Assembly (NCBI GenBank): GCA_963716395.1
Contig: OY970309.1
Location: forward strand, 3,040,001 to 3,104,000
Source: an uncultured Fibrobacteria bacterium
GTDB lineage: Bacteria > Fibrobacterota > Fibrobacteria > UBA11236
Reading direction: 5' to 3'
Length of the DNA: 64,000 nt
Shown here piece after piece: positions 1 to 10,920 of the stretch. Made by a program: the position numbers and the translations under genes. Below the pieces are notes generated by a model that did not search any database, was not told where the DNA came from, and saw only the letters and a program-made list of their open reading frames with translations. Within the stretch, counting starts at the first letter, position 1. Each line of letters starts with the position of its first letter.

Positions 1-2042
1 CGCCAGGTGGCGAACGGCGAAGCGCTGAATCCCGGCACCGCGTCTTCGTCCATGGGCGCGAAGCGCTCGTCGGTGGGGAAGAACGGCGTCGTCATCTCCA
101 GCGTAATGCGGTCGGGCAAGGTGTCGATGCGCGTGCCGTCAAAGGGCACGATGAGCAGATTGGGCGGCGGCGCCAGCAAATCGAAACGGCTGCGCAGCAC
201 CGGATACTCCGCCTGCTGGGTGAAGCGTACATAGGGGAACTCGGGCGTGGCCACCTGGGCTTCTTCGGTAACCAGCAACTCCACCATGAGTCGCCCCGGA
301 TGGCGCTTGAGCGTGACATGCACCAGCAGGTTTTCGGGGTGGAGTTCGGAATGGGGCTTGCCGGTGACATAATAGTCCCGGAGTCCGCCCGTATACACCG
401 GCTTCCAGGCCGAATCGTAGATGCGCAGGCGGTTGATGTAACAGCGCGCAAAGCTGCGGTTGAGGTCGAAGGTCAGCTCTGAATAGCGAATGAGCCGTAA
501 ACCGTCGGGCACGAAAAAAAACGCGTGGCGGGTTTTTTTCCAGCGCCCCTTGGGCGTCCAGTGGTAGGCGATTTGCTGATCGACCAGCGTAATGGGGTAC
601 GCTTCGAGCCGTGACTCCCACGCCGAGTCGCGCAGTTCGCGGCGCACGGCCGCGAGAGTGAGCGTGGTGCGCAGCGGCGCCAGGGGCGTGCGCAACACCT
701 GGTTGCTCTTGTCGCCGAGCAGGGCCGCGGTTTGCGACTGCAATTCCTGCGCCTCCGGGTCGGTGGGGTCGAGCCGCAGCGATCGGCGCAGCGACGCCAT
801 GGCCTGACGGTACAGCTTCAGGTTGAATTCGCAGGCCCCTTTGAGAAACAGGTTTTCGCCCGTGGCAGGAAACGTGTCCCCCAATGTTCGGATGAAATCG
901 AGGCCGTCCTCGAAACGTTTGAGCCCCAGGTCGGCCCGTAACGTGTAGGCGACGGAACGGGCGGTGGGGACGGTGTCGGACTGCACCTGTTCCAACACCG
1001 TGAGGGCGTTTCGGTATTCCTCCAGTCCCAAGTAGGTGTCGGCGAGGTAGACGCCGAGGCGGAAATTCGGGTGTTCGGCGAAGGGGCGGATGAGCACGTT
1101 CTTCGATTGCACCTTTTCGCCCAACCCCCACAACGCGTCCGAAAGGTTGATCAACCATTCCTGGTCGCGTGGATCTTTCTCGATGGCCCGCAACGCCCAG
1201 TCGCGGGCCTCGGGGTAACGTTCGAGATCCTCGTAGAACGCACCCAGGATGCCGCACAGTTGGCCCGAGGAAGCGACCAGCGGCAAATGCCGCAGCAGCA
1301 GGTCAACCCCTCCCGAAGGGTCGTGCTTGAGGGCGTGCAGCGCGGCCAGATTGGCCAGATACTCGGGCGCGGTGCTGTCCAGGGCGAAGGCCTGCTGAAA
1401 GCGGGTGCGCGCCACCGGATACACGGTGTCTTCCAGGGCTTTGAGTCCCACGGTGTTCAGCACCATGGCCAGAAAGCGTCGGTTCGCCGGATCGGGCTCG
1501 GGTGTGCCGGTCAGGGAAACGGCGGAAAGACCCGGCGCGACGCAACCGAAGCGGCGGGGATCGGGCAGGCCCTCCAGTTGCAGGTACACCAAACTGGTGT
1601 CGGTGACTTTCACCAGTCCGCAATGATCCGTGTCACGGGGAGGGAGGTATACGCGGAAGCCGGCAAAACCCGGTGGCGGGGGAGCCGCGGAGGGATCGAC
1701 CTTGAATAGATAGCCCAGGGCATTGATCAGGGCGTCGGGTTTCATTTCCCGGGCTGGATAGGCGGCTTCGAACAGCGCCGCGGTGCGCTGGGGATCCCCG
1801 TTACTTCGCAGCGCGACTTCGGCGCGGCGGGACGAGGCTTCCGCCGAGTCCAGCCGTCCCCAGGTCGCCGGCGCGGCCGACAGCACGGCGTTCAGTCCGG
1901 AATACTCCGCAAAGGGGGTGGTGGGTGCGGGTCTGCTTTTCGCGGGACTGGTTTCGGCCGGGTTGAAGGGCGGGGTAAAATGTGCGCATCCCGTCAACGC
2001 GAGAGCGAGGCCCACCTGGCGGCGAAGTAAGACTTTGGTCAT
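1..2042 (-). CDS. TPR-containing lipoprotein with probable DUF3857/transglutaminase-type C-terminal region (runs off left edge)
   Basis: Translated by hand from ATG 2042: MTKVLLRRQVGLALALTGC (lipobox). TPR-like helices follow (ARTRFQQAFALD, YRQAMASLRRSLRLDP), then a beta-rich region ending SASPFATW. No stop before position 1, so it is absent from the ORF track. Confidence 0.7.
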   Translation of the reverse strand, partial: MTKVLLRRQVGLALALTGCAHFTPPFNPAETSPAKSRPAPTTPFAEYSGLNAVLSAAPATWGRLDSAEASSRRAEVALRSNGDPQRTAALFEAAYPAREMKPDALINALGYLFKVDPSAAPPPPGFAGFRVYLPPRDTDHCGLVKVTDTSLVYLQLEGLPDPRRFGCVAPGLSAVSLTGTPEPDPANRRFLAMVLNTVGLKALEDTVYPVARTRFQQAFALDSTAPEYLANLAALHALKHDPSGGVDLLLRHLPLVASSGQLCGILGAFYEDLERYPEARDWALRAIEKDPRDQEWLINLSDALWGLGEKVQSKNVLIRPFAEHPNFRLGVYLADTYLGLEEYRNALTVLEQVQSDTVPTARSVAYTLRADLGLKRFEDGLDFIRTLGDTFPATGENLFLKGACEFNLKLYRQAMASLRRSLRLDPTDPEAQELQSQTAALLGDKSNQVLRTPLAPLRTTLTLAAVRRELRDSAWESRLEAYPITLVDQQIAYHWTPKGRWKKTRHAFFFVPDGLRLIRYSELTFDLNRSFARCYINRLRIYDSAWKPVYTGGLRDYYVTGKPHSELHPENLLVHVTLKRHPGRLMVELLVTEEAQVATPEFPYVRFTQQAEYPVLRSRFDLLAPPPNLLIVPFDGTRIDTLPDRITLEMTTPFFPTDERFAPMDEDAVPGFSASPFATW

Positions 2043-2148
2043 GATTCCGAATCCGCCTCGGCGCCACCGCGTACGAGGAAGTCCAATACATTCATTATAA
2101 GATATCGGAAAACGGGGTTCCCGATGCATTGGGTTACCTTTATGCGGA

Positions 2149-3456
2149 ATGGGAATTTCCGAATTCAACGTTACGGCGGCCAAGGCGGAAACCGCAACCG
2201 CAACCGCTCCGGCGGCCATGCCCGCGGCCACCGAAGGGCCTTGGCGCCATTTCGTCTGCGTGGTCCCCGCCCGTTATGGATTACGCTGCGCGGTGCAGGT
2301 TAATACGCTGGAGATGGAAGCTTTCAAGAACGATTTCCGGCTGGACGCTCCGTTGCTGGCTTGGAAACCGCCGGAAGGTTTCTCCGCGGGTGAGGAATGG
2401 TCTCTGGTCATAACCGCTGAACAGGTTTTGCATCCCGAACGCATTCTCTCCGAGCAATCGGTGATCACCTTTTTGCGCGCCGCCGTGCAATTGCTCGATC
2501 TCTGTCTGGGCCGCAAAATCGATCGGGATGAATTTCTGCGTCGTCTGAATGGCCTGGGTTTACCGGTCGCCTGGCGCAATGAATTGGCCGACGGAATTTT
2601 CGCGGCATCGGCGGCTGGCGCCTCGCCCGCCGTCGCTGCCGATGCCGATGCCGATATCGAAGCTTTGCTGGCGACGCTGGCGCCGGCCGAAGCGCCGGCG
2701 GAGCAATTCATTTCCGCCGTCGGCAGGGCGGGAACCGGATTCGCGCTCGACGCCGCGGCGGCGCAGCGCTTTCGCGACGGCATGGCGGGTTGGCTGCTCG
2801 ATTGGGAACGCGGTTTGTTGGAGCATCCGTCCGCGGCCGGGCCCCTGGGATTGGCCTTGGGTTTGCACCGCGTACTGAAACTCATGCGCGGCCCCAAGCA
2901 TTTGCATTTACATCTGCTGCCGGAGTCTTTGCCGCCGGAAGAATACGAGGCCCATTGGCGGCATACCCTGGCCGGGCATCCGGGCGCCATCGAAGCCTGG
3001 ATTTATCTGGCCGGCGACACACCGGACGCGGCCCTGCCGCCGTCCGCCTGGCAAGCGCGCTTGGCCGCGGCTCCGGTGTCGGTGCTGTTGCAGGCGCGCG
3101 CGGCGACGAGCGGAATTTACACGGCCTGGGGCAAAACTCTGCCGGCGCCTGTCTATGTTTTTTCCGGCGGCGTGGCCGCCGCCGTGGGCGATGGCCATTG
3201 CGCCTACAAACCCGCCGCGCTGGCGTATGTGGAGGCGCTGCTGGAGCAACAGGCGCGTTTGCCCGCAGCGGCGGGAGAGGCTTTGCCGCTGGAAAACGCC
3301 GACGTCGACCCTTCCACCCGTTCTTCGACCGATGCCGTGTACGATTCCCAGACCATGCTGGCTTTGCGCCTGCGCGGACTCAATATTCCGGTGGGATTCA
3401 AGCATCGCGCCGGCGTGGTGTTTCAACCTCTGGTACCGGCCGTGGAAGCGGCTTGA
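2149..3456 (+). CDS. diverged T6SS contractile sheath-like protein (TssB-TssC fusion-like)
   Basis: 435 aa. VLHPERIL resembles TssB DFHPDxI; GLLEHP...LGLHRVL resembles TssC ILHHP..WRGLxYL; C-terminal LRGLNIPVGFKHRAGVVF resembles the TssC GFIPL..K...A.F end. Confidence 0.5.
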   Translation: MGISEFNVTAAKAETATATAPAAMPAATEGPWRHFVCVVPARYGLRCAVQVNTLEMEAFKNDFRLDAPLLAWKPPEGFSAGEEWSLVITAEQVLHPERILSEQSVITFLRAAVQLLDLCLGRKIDRDEFLRRLNGLGLPVAWRNELADGIFAASAAGASPAVAADADADIEALLATLAPAEAPAEQFISAVGRAGTGFALDAAAAQRFRDGMAGWLLDWERGLLEHPSAAGPLGLALGLHRVLKLMRGPKHLHLHLLPESLPPEEYEAHWRHTLAGHPGAIEAWIYLAGDTPDAALPPSAWQARLAAAPVSVLLQARAATSGIYTAWGKTLPAPVYVFSGGVAAAVGDGHCAYKPAALAYVEALLEQQARLPAAAGEALPLENADVDPSTRSSTDAVYDSQTMLALRLRGLNIPVGFKHRAGVVFQPLVPAVEAA

Positions 3457-3467
3457 ATCGCCCGGCC

Positions 3468-5027
3468 ATGCCCGAGTACACCTTGCAAATCATTTCGGGC
3501 ATCCAGGTCGGCCGTAAGATCAAGGTCGATGGCCCGCTGACGCTCGGGCGAGCTTCTCAAAACGGCGTGTGCTTCGCCGGACCCGATGCCTCCTTGGTGT
3601 CTTCCCAGCACGCTTCACTCTCCATCGAAAACGGCCGCCTCATGCTGCGCGATCTCGGCAGCACCAACGGCACCTATGTCAACGGCGAACCCGTGCAAGA
3701 AGTCGTGCTTGGCGCCAATGCTATCGTGAGTTTGGGCTCCAACGGCCCCAAGCTGCGCGTGCTGTCACCTGGCGGCGAAGGCAGTACGGCCGCCGCGACC
3801 TGGAAATCCGTGGCTGCGGCCGATGCCTCGGCGTTCTCCCAGGCCGGGCGCAACTTGCCGTCGCCGGGATTTCCCCCCGCCACCGAAGACGAAGCGGGCA
3901 ATTACACCATCGGGTTGGCGCAGCGCCTTTCCAATGACGAAGCCGATCACCGCGAAATTCAGGATTTGATCAAGGATCAGAAGCGCGCGCAACGCTTGAT
4001 CCATGCGGGCGTGCTCAACCAGCGCGAAGCCAAAATGATCGAGCATGCGGCCAGCACCTACTCCAAGGGCCGCAAGCGCGCTCTTTTCGCCATCGCGGCG
4101 GTGGGCGGCGTGGGACTCGTCTTCACCGGCGTCCTGTTGGTCCAGAACCTGGGGTATCGGGGCAAGTTGCATAAGCAGGAAAATCTGATGGAGAACATTC
4201 ACGAATTGGAGACGCAACTGGCCGCCGCGTCCTCCGACAACCAGGGCGCGGCCAACCAGGAATCGGATCAGGAGAAGGCCTTGCTGGTGGCCAAGCTGCG
4301 CGCCTCCGAGCGGCAATTGATGGAAGTACGCAGCCAACTCAACTCCCGCGATTTGATGAACACCTACAAGGATCCCATGGGTCGCGAAATCCATGACATC
4401 ATGCAGGGGTTCGGAACGCGCGATTACATCGTGCCCGACATTTTTATCGCCCAGGTTGAAAAGCACATCTATGCCTTCACCCAGACTTCGACCCGCCAGA
4501 TTTTGGAACGTTCCTTCGCGAACGAAGCCCGGTATCAGCAGATGATCGAAACCGAATTGCTCAATGCCAAAATGCCCACGGCTTTTCTGTATCTCGCCAT
4601 GCACGAAAGCATGCTCGATTCCTCCATCACCAGCGCCGCCGGCGCGCGGGGATTATGGCAACTCATGCCGCAAACCGCGCGCGATTACGGGCTCAAGGTG
4701 CCGGACAATTGGCGCGACCTGCCGCCTGAAGCCGACGAGCGCACCAATCCTTTGCTCTCGACGCGCGCAGCCATCAAGTATTTGAAAACCCTGTATGCCG
4801 AATTCGGTGATGTTGCCCTGGCCATGGCGGCCTACAACGCCGGCGAGGGCCGCATCCGCGCGGCGTTACGTTCCATCGACGATCCCGTGAACCACCGCGA
4901 TTTCTGGTATATCTACCACATGGGAATTTTGGCCGGCGAGACCAACGAATACGTGCCCAAGATCATCGCCACCATGATCATCGACAAAAACCGCGCGCGC
5001 TACCACTTCCCACCGGCTGCGTCATAA
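3468..5027 (+). CDS. FHA domain - TM helix - coiled coil - lytic transglycosylase (SLT/MltD-like)
   Basis: FHA motifs LGR, VSSQHA, DLGSTNGTYVNG; TM ALFAIAAVGGVGLVFTGVLLV; SLT motifs AMHES, AGARGLWQLMP, AAYNAGEG, ETNEYVPKI. Start ATG 3468. Confidence 0.9.
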   Translation: MPEYTLQIISGIQVGRKIKVDGPLTLGRASQNGVCFAGPDASLVSSQHASLSIENGRLMLRDLGSTNGTYVNGEPVQEVVLGANAIVSLGSNGPKLRVLSPGGEGSTAAATWKSVAAADASAFSQAGRNLPSPGFPPATEDEAGNYTIGLAQRLSNDEADHREIQDLIKDQKRAQRLIHAGVLNQREAKMIEHAASTYSKGRKRALFAIAAVGGVGLVFTGVLLVQNLGYRGKLHKQENLMENIHELETQLAAASSDNQGAANQESDQEKALLVAKLRASERQLMEVRSQLNSRDLMNTYKDPMGREIHDIMQGFGTRDYIVPDIFIAQVEKHIYAFTQTSTRQILERSFANEARYQQMIETELLNAKMPTAFLYLAMHESMLDSSITSAAGARGLWQLMPQTARDYGLKVPDNWRDLPPEADERTNPLLSTRAAIKYLKTLYAEFGDVALAMAAYNAGEGRIRAALRSIDDPVNHRDFWYIYHMGILAGETNEYVPKIIATMIIDKNRARYHFPPAAS

Positions 5028-6193
<1,166 letters not shown>

Positions 6194-6194
<1 letters not shown>

Positions 6195-7432
6195 TGCCCA
6201 AGCTTTTTGTCGAAGACCTCGCGCTCAAGGGAAAGCGCGTCTTGGTGCGCGTCGATTTCAACGTGCCGGTCAAGAATGGCACGGTCGAAAACGACAAGCG
6301 CCTGCGCGAATCGCTGCCCACGCTGAATTATTGCCTGGGGAAGGGCGCCTCTTTGGTGCTGATGAGTCATCTCGGCCGGCCCGATGGCAAGCGCAACGAC
6401 AAATACAGCTTGAAACCCGTGGCCGCCCGGCTGCAGCAACTGCTGGGGCGCCGGGTGCAATTCCTCGACGATTGCGTGGGTTCCGTGGTCGAAGCGGCCT
6501 GCGCCGCCATGCAGCCCGGAGAGGTCACGTTGCTGGAGAACCTTCGCTTCCATATCGAGGAAGAGGGGAAGGTCAAAAACAAGGACGGGACTTCGATTAA
6601 GGCAGATCCCGAAGCCGTGAAAAGCTTTCGCGCCTCGCTGTCGCGACTCGGCGAAGTGTTCGTGAACGACGCTTTCGGTACCGCGCATCGCGCCCACAGT
6701 TCCATGGTGGGAGTGGATTTGCCGCAACGTGCTGCCGGTTATCTGATGAAGAAAGAGCTCGACTTTCTCGGCCACGCGCTCGACCAACCGAAGCGGCCGT
6801 TCGTGGCCATTATCGGCGGCGCCAAAATCTCAGGTAAAATCGACGTTATCCAGGCCTTGTTGCCCAAGGTCGACGCTTTGCTGATCGGCGGCGGCATGGC
6901 CTACACCTTTCTCAAAGCCATGGGTTTGGAAATCGGCAATTCACTGTGCGAACCGGACAAGATCGAATTGGCCAAAGAGCTGATTGCACACGCCGGAGCG
7001 AAGTTGGAATTGCCCACCGATTACCAGGTCACTGACAAGCTCGACTTCGACGGCCGCAGCATCGGCTCGCCGTTGCGCGCGGTTCCGCGCACGGGCATTC
7101 CCGCCGGGACGGAATCGGTCGATATCGGCCCCGAATCCATCGCGCGCTTTGGCGCCATGATTCGTGGTGCCAAAACCGTGGTGTGGAACGGCCCCATGGG
7201 TGTGTTTGAAATCGAAGCCTGCGCGCAGGGCACCTTTGGCGTAGCCCGGGCCTTGGTCGACGCCACGGCGGCGGGAGCGATCACGGTAATCGGCGGCGGC
7301 GATTCGGCCGCGGCCATCGAGCAAATGGGTTTGGAAAGCCAAGTCTCGCATGTCTCCACGGGCGGCGGCGCCTCGCTGGAATTCCTCGAAGGCAAGGCGC
7401 TGCCCGGCGTCACGGCCTTGTCGGACACCTAA
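6194..7432 (+). CDS. pgk: phosphoglycerate kinase
   Basis: [45 protein letters not shown]; TGATG overlap with gap. Confidence 0.98.
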
Positions 7433-7435
7433 GCG

Positions 7436-8194
7436 ATGCGCCGGAAAATCCTCGCGGGCAATTGGAAAATGCATAAGACCGCCGCCGAATCGGCGGAGTT
7501 GGCAAAGGCCATTGTCGCCGGCCTGAACAACGGGACACCGGATTGCGAAGTGGTGGTATGTCCCACCTACGTGGCTTTGGATCGAGTCGCTACCATGCTG
7601 GCCGAATCGGCGGTGCGGCTTGGGGCGCAGGATATGCATTGGGAAGGCCAGGGCGCCTTCACTGGAAAAATTTCCGCGGATATGCTACTGGCCGTGGGCG
7701 TTTCGCATGTGATCCTCGGCCACTCGGAACAGCGCACCTATTTTCAGGAAAGCGATGAAGGGGTAAACAAAAAAACCCGCAAGGCGCTGGCTTCGGGCCT
7801 GATTCCCATCGTCTGCGTGGGCGAAACCCTGGCCGAGCGCGAAGCCGGAATCACCGAAGCCATCGTGGCGGCGCAAATACGGCGCGCCTTCGCCGGCATC
7901 GAAAAAAGCGAAGCACAAAGCATTGTGGTGGCGTATGAACCGGTTTGGGCCATCGGGACCGGTCGCAATGCCACGCCGGAGCTGGCGCAGGAAGTCCATC
8001 AGTTCATCCGCGAATTAGTGTCGTCACTTTATGACGCGTCCATCGCCGCCGCCCTGCGCATTCAGTATGGCGGCAGTATGAAACCCGACAACGCCCGCGC
8101 CCTGCTGTCTCAGCCCGACATCGATGGCGGTTTGATCGGCGGCGCTTCCTTGCAGCCCGAAAGCTTCTTAGGTATTATTCGGTCCCTTTCCTAG
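7436..8194 (+). CDS. tpiA: triosephosphate isomerase
   Basis: AGNWKM, GHSE, AYEPVWAIGTG, YGGS, DGGLIGGASL. Confidence 0.98.
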   Translation: MRRKILAGNWKMHKTAAESAELAKAIVAGLNNGTPDCEVVVCPTYVALDRVATMLAESAVRLGAQDMHWEGQGAFTGKISADMLLAVGVSHVILGHSEQRTYFQESDEGVNKKTRKALASGLIPIVCVGETLAEREAGITEAIVAAQIRRAFAGIEKSEAQSIVVAYEPVWAIGTGRNATPELAQEVHQFIRELVSSLYDASIAAALRIQYGGSMKPDNARALLSQPDIDGGLIGGASLQPESFLGIIRSLS

Positions 8195-8262
8195 CAGGCT
8201 GGAAGGCAGAAGCGGGAAGAAGCAGGAAAAAGAGGGAAGAAAAGCGTTTTTCGGGGGCGAAT

Positions 8263-8730
8263 ATGGGCATCGGTTTTACACTTCTGCTGGTTCTCCATAT
8301 TCTGATCTGCCTGTTCATTATTCTCATCGTAACCGTGCAAAACGACAAAGGCGGCGGCTTGGCCGGTGCCTTTGGCGGCATGGGGGGCGGCGCGGCCTTC
8401 ACCGGCAGTTCGGCGGTCACCATTTTAACGCGCGTCACGCAATGGAGCGGCGCCGTGTCGTTCGTGGTTTTGATCATGCTGAACGCCATGAGCCTGCGGG
8501 CCCATCGCGCGGCGCAAACCGCGTCCGAACTCAAAGCCGCCAGCAAGGGACTCTCTGCCGTTTTGCCGGCCATGCCCTCCGGGTCCAATTCCATTCCCGG
8601 ATTGGGCGGCAATGCGACGGAAAGCGATGCCGGCCATGCGGCGGGAGGCCAGGCCAGTCCTGCGAACGCGCCGTCCATACCGGGTCTGGGAAACCATACG
8701 GATTCCAAAGCCCAAGACGCCGGCCAATAA
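8263..8730 (+). CDS. secG: preprotein translocase subunit SecG with long low-complexity C-terminal tail
   Basis: Two TM helices around QNDKGGGLAGAFGG; tpiA-secG-tRNA-Leu synteny. Confidence 0.9.
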   Translation: MGIGFTLLLVLHILICLFIILIVTVQNDKGGGLAGAFGGMGGGAAFTGSSAVTILTRVTQWSGAVSFVVLIMLNAMSLRAHRAAQTASELKAASKGLSAVLPAMPSGSNSIPGLGGNATESDAGHAAGGQASPANAPSIPGLGNHTDSKAQDAGQ

Positions 8731-8767
8731 TTCCGCCCGCATTACGGTTTGACCCGGTTTGAAATTC

Positions 8768-8854
8768 GCGGTCGTGGTGAAATTGGTAGACACGCAAGTT
8801 TGAGGGGCTTGTGGGGTAAAACCCATGGCGGTTCAAGTCCGCCCGACCGCACCA
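8768..8854 (+). tRNA. tRNA-Leu(GAG)
   Basis: GCGGTCG/CGACCGC acceptor stem, anticodon arm CAAGT-TTGAGGG-GCTTG, long variable arm, GTTCAAGTCC T-loop, encoded CCA. Confidence 0.95.
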
Positions 8855-8873
8855 CTTTATAGATTCCCGCCCC

Positions 8874-9716
8874 GTGTATTTTCTGCTTTATCTCCTACCC
8901 AAAAATTGGGTCAGCCGCTGCGTGGGTTGGGCCGTGGCTCGTCGCTGGCCGTGGAATTTGCATCGCCGTCTCCGCGATGCCTTTATCCGGCATTTTCGTG
9001 TGAATGTGGAGGAGGCGGAATTTCCTCTCGATGGCTACGCGACCTTGTCCGCATTCTTTACCCGGCGCTTGCGCCCCGGTTCCCGCCCCGTAGGCAGAGC
9101 GGCCTTGGTGTCGCCGGTGGACGGAACTTTGACCGAGCGGGGGCATCTGGGCACCGATTCCGATTTATTCCTGACGCAGATCAAAGGCCGGCGTTACAGC
9201 TTGCGCGGCCTGGTGGGTGAGGAATGGAACGCATCCGGCTATGCCGGCGGATCTTTTTTCACCCTGTATCTGGCCCCGTGGAACTACCACCGCATCCATG
9301 TTCCCGCCGCGGGCCGTGTGCTCCGGGTCCGCCGGATTCCCGGCAGGCTTTGGCCCGTGAACTCCTGGAGCGTCCGGAACATCCCCGAGCTCTTCGTACG
9401 TAACGAGCGCATCGTCACCGAAATGGATTGCGAGGGCGGCCGACTCCTGCTGGTTTTGATCGGCGCCACCAATGTCGGAAAGATCACCTTGGATTTCTGC
9501 CCGCAGCTGGTGGGGAACGCGCCCGCTCGCTCCCAGTTCGAAGATTGGATTCCTCCGCCGGATTTGCATTTGGAAAAGGGTTCGGGCTTCGGCTGTTTCG
9601 CCATGGGATCAACCGTGGTCCTGGTTTTGGACGCGGACTGGACCCCGCGCGTGCGCCCGGAATGGTGGAGCGCCGCCGCCGCGACTCTCAGCGTGGGGAT
9701 GAATTTCAGCTTGTGA
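8874..9716 (+). CDS. psd: phosphatidylserine decarboxylase proenzyme
   Basis: FFTRRL, SPVDG, QIKG, YLAPWNYHRIH, GATNVG, self-cleavage motif F-x-MGSTVVL. Confidence 0.93.
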   Translation: MYFLLYLLPKNWVSRCVGWAVARRWPWNLHRRLRDAFIRHFRVNVEEAEFPLDGYATLSAFFTRRLRPGSRPVGRAALVSPVDGTLTERGHLGTDSDLFLTQIKGRRYSLRGLVGEEWNASGYAGGSFFTLYLAPWNYHRIHVPAAGRVLRVRRIPGRLWPVNSWSVRNIPELFVRNERIVTEMDCEGGRLLLVLIGATNVGKITLDFCPQLVGNAPARSQFEDWIPPPDLHLEKGSGFGCFAMGSTVVLVLDADWTPRVRPEWWSAAAATLSVGMNFSL

Positions 9717-10567
9717 GCGATTCCGGACTCTCGTCCCGTCTCGAGGTACTGCGTGCCTATGCCGGTCCGTTCTCCGCGTACAGTGCGCCGATTGCCGAGC
9801 TCTTCCCGCATGGGAACCTTTCGCTTTTTCCCTTTGAGCCGGATTCGGATCGCGGGCTGGCCGTTCTGCTGTTGTACGCGGCCCTGGTTCGGCCCGGTGG
9901 GGAAGAGCGCGCCGCGGCGGTACTCGGAGGCTTATACCGGAAGTTGGGCGACGATTTGTTCCGCTTGAACCGAATCCCGTTCCCGGTTTTGCAGGCGGCT
10001 TTGTCTGAGCCGGCGCATTGGCCGGACCCGGAAGAAAAAAAACGTGTACCGGGAATTTTACGCAGTGCCTGTGACTTTTTGTGCATCCATGGCAGTTTGG
10101 TCAAATGGTTGTCAGGTTCTCAGGACTGGGAAAGTTGCGTCCACGTTTTGTCGCAAGAGATTTTCTGGATGGGAAGGCATTCCCGTTTGCAAACCAAGGC
10201 GCGCTATTTTTTATGGTTGTGTTCTTCGCATTCCGGATTCGGGTCGCGTATACCGGCGGTTAAAAATTTTGCTTGGCCTCTGTCGGCGGGGCATGAGCGG
10301 TTCTTCCGTAACATTTTGCGCCCTGGGGTCAAGCGTAAAGCTCACGTGGCCGGCTTCTTTCCAACCTTGGAATCCAAATTGCTTTGGTTTGGAAAATTGG
10401 CGCAAAGCGTTTTTCCCGAAGAGGGGTGGAAGCTTTTCGTTCCTTTGCAAGCATATCTGCAGCCTGAAAACCGAATGAATTTCGTCTGCCGCCGCATTCA
10501 GGGTGGATGCCGCCGCTGCGCTTTGGGTTCAATCTGTCCGGAAAGCAAAAATCTCGATCCGGCCTGA
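9713..10567 (+). CDS. HhH-GPD/EndoIII-like helical protein with C-terminal [4Fe-4S] motif
   Basis: GTG overlaps psd stop; C-terminal C-x6-C-x2-C-x5-C (CRRIQGGCRRCALGSIC). Confidence 0.6.
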   Translation: MSDSGLSSRLEVLRAYAGPFSAYSAPIAELFPHGNLSLFPFEPDSDRGLAVLLLYAALVRPGGEERAAAVLGGLYRKLGDDLFRLNRIPFPVLQAALSEPAHWPDPEEKKRVPGILRSACDFLCIHGSLVKWLSGSQDWESCVHVLSQEIFWMGRHSRLQTKARYFLWLCSSHSGFGSRIPAVKNFAWPLSAGHERFFRNILRPGVKRKAHVAGFFPTLESKLLWFGKLAQSVFPEEGWKLFVPLQAYLQPENRMNFVCRRIQGGCRRCALGSICPESKNLDPA

Positions 10568-10695
10568 ATCGATTAAAAATCAACCCGGTTTCCCGAATTT
10601 CAGCCAATTTCGATTGACAATGCCGATTTTTCAGTGCAGTTTAATCCCTGGAAGGCGATTTTTAATCAAATTCTTGCCCAGTAGAGGAGAAGTAT

Positions 10696-10887
10696 ATGAG
10701 CCATATCCAAGCCCTTGAAACCGAAATTGCGGCGTTGAAAGAAGAGTTTGAAAAGTTTGAGCGGGGTAACAAATCGGCCGGAACACGCGCTCGCAAGGTG
10801 TTGCAAAACATCAAACGCATCTCGCAGGATATTCGGGTCTACATACAGACAAATAAAAAATCCGAATCCCCCCAAAAGGAAGCCTAG
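10696..10887 (+). CDS. histone H1-like nucleoid protein (Hc1/HctA family N-terminal core)
   Basis: 63 aa with the KFERGNKSAGTRARK signature; SD AGGAG upstream. Confidence 0.85.
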   Translation: MSHIQALETEIAALKEEFEKFERGNKSAGTRARKVLQNIKRISQDIRVYIQTNKKSESPQKEA

Positions 10888-10920
10888 CGGTTTCCCAATT
10901 GCTCCGCATTTTTTGTCCGC

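Noticed and set aside
2790-3467. N-terminal extension of the 745-aa ORF
   Set aside because: Arg/Gly-rich shadow frame overlapping the 2149..3456 gene; the FHA domain starts at ATG 3468.
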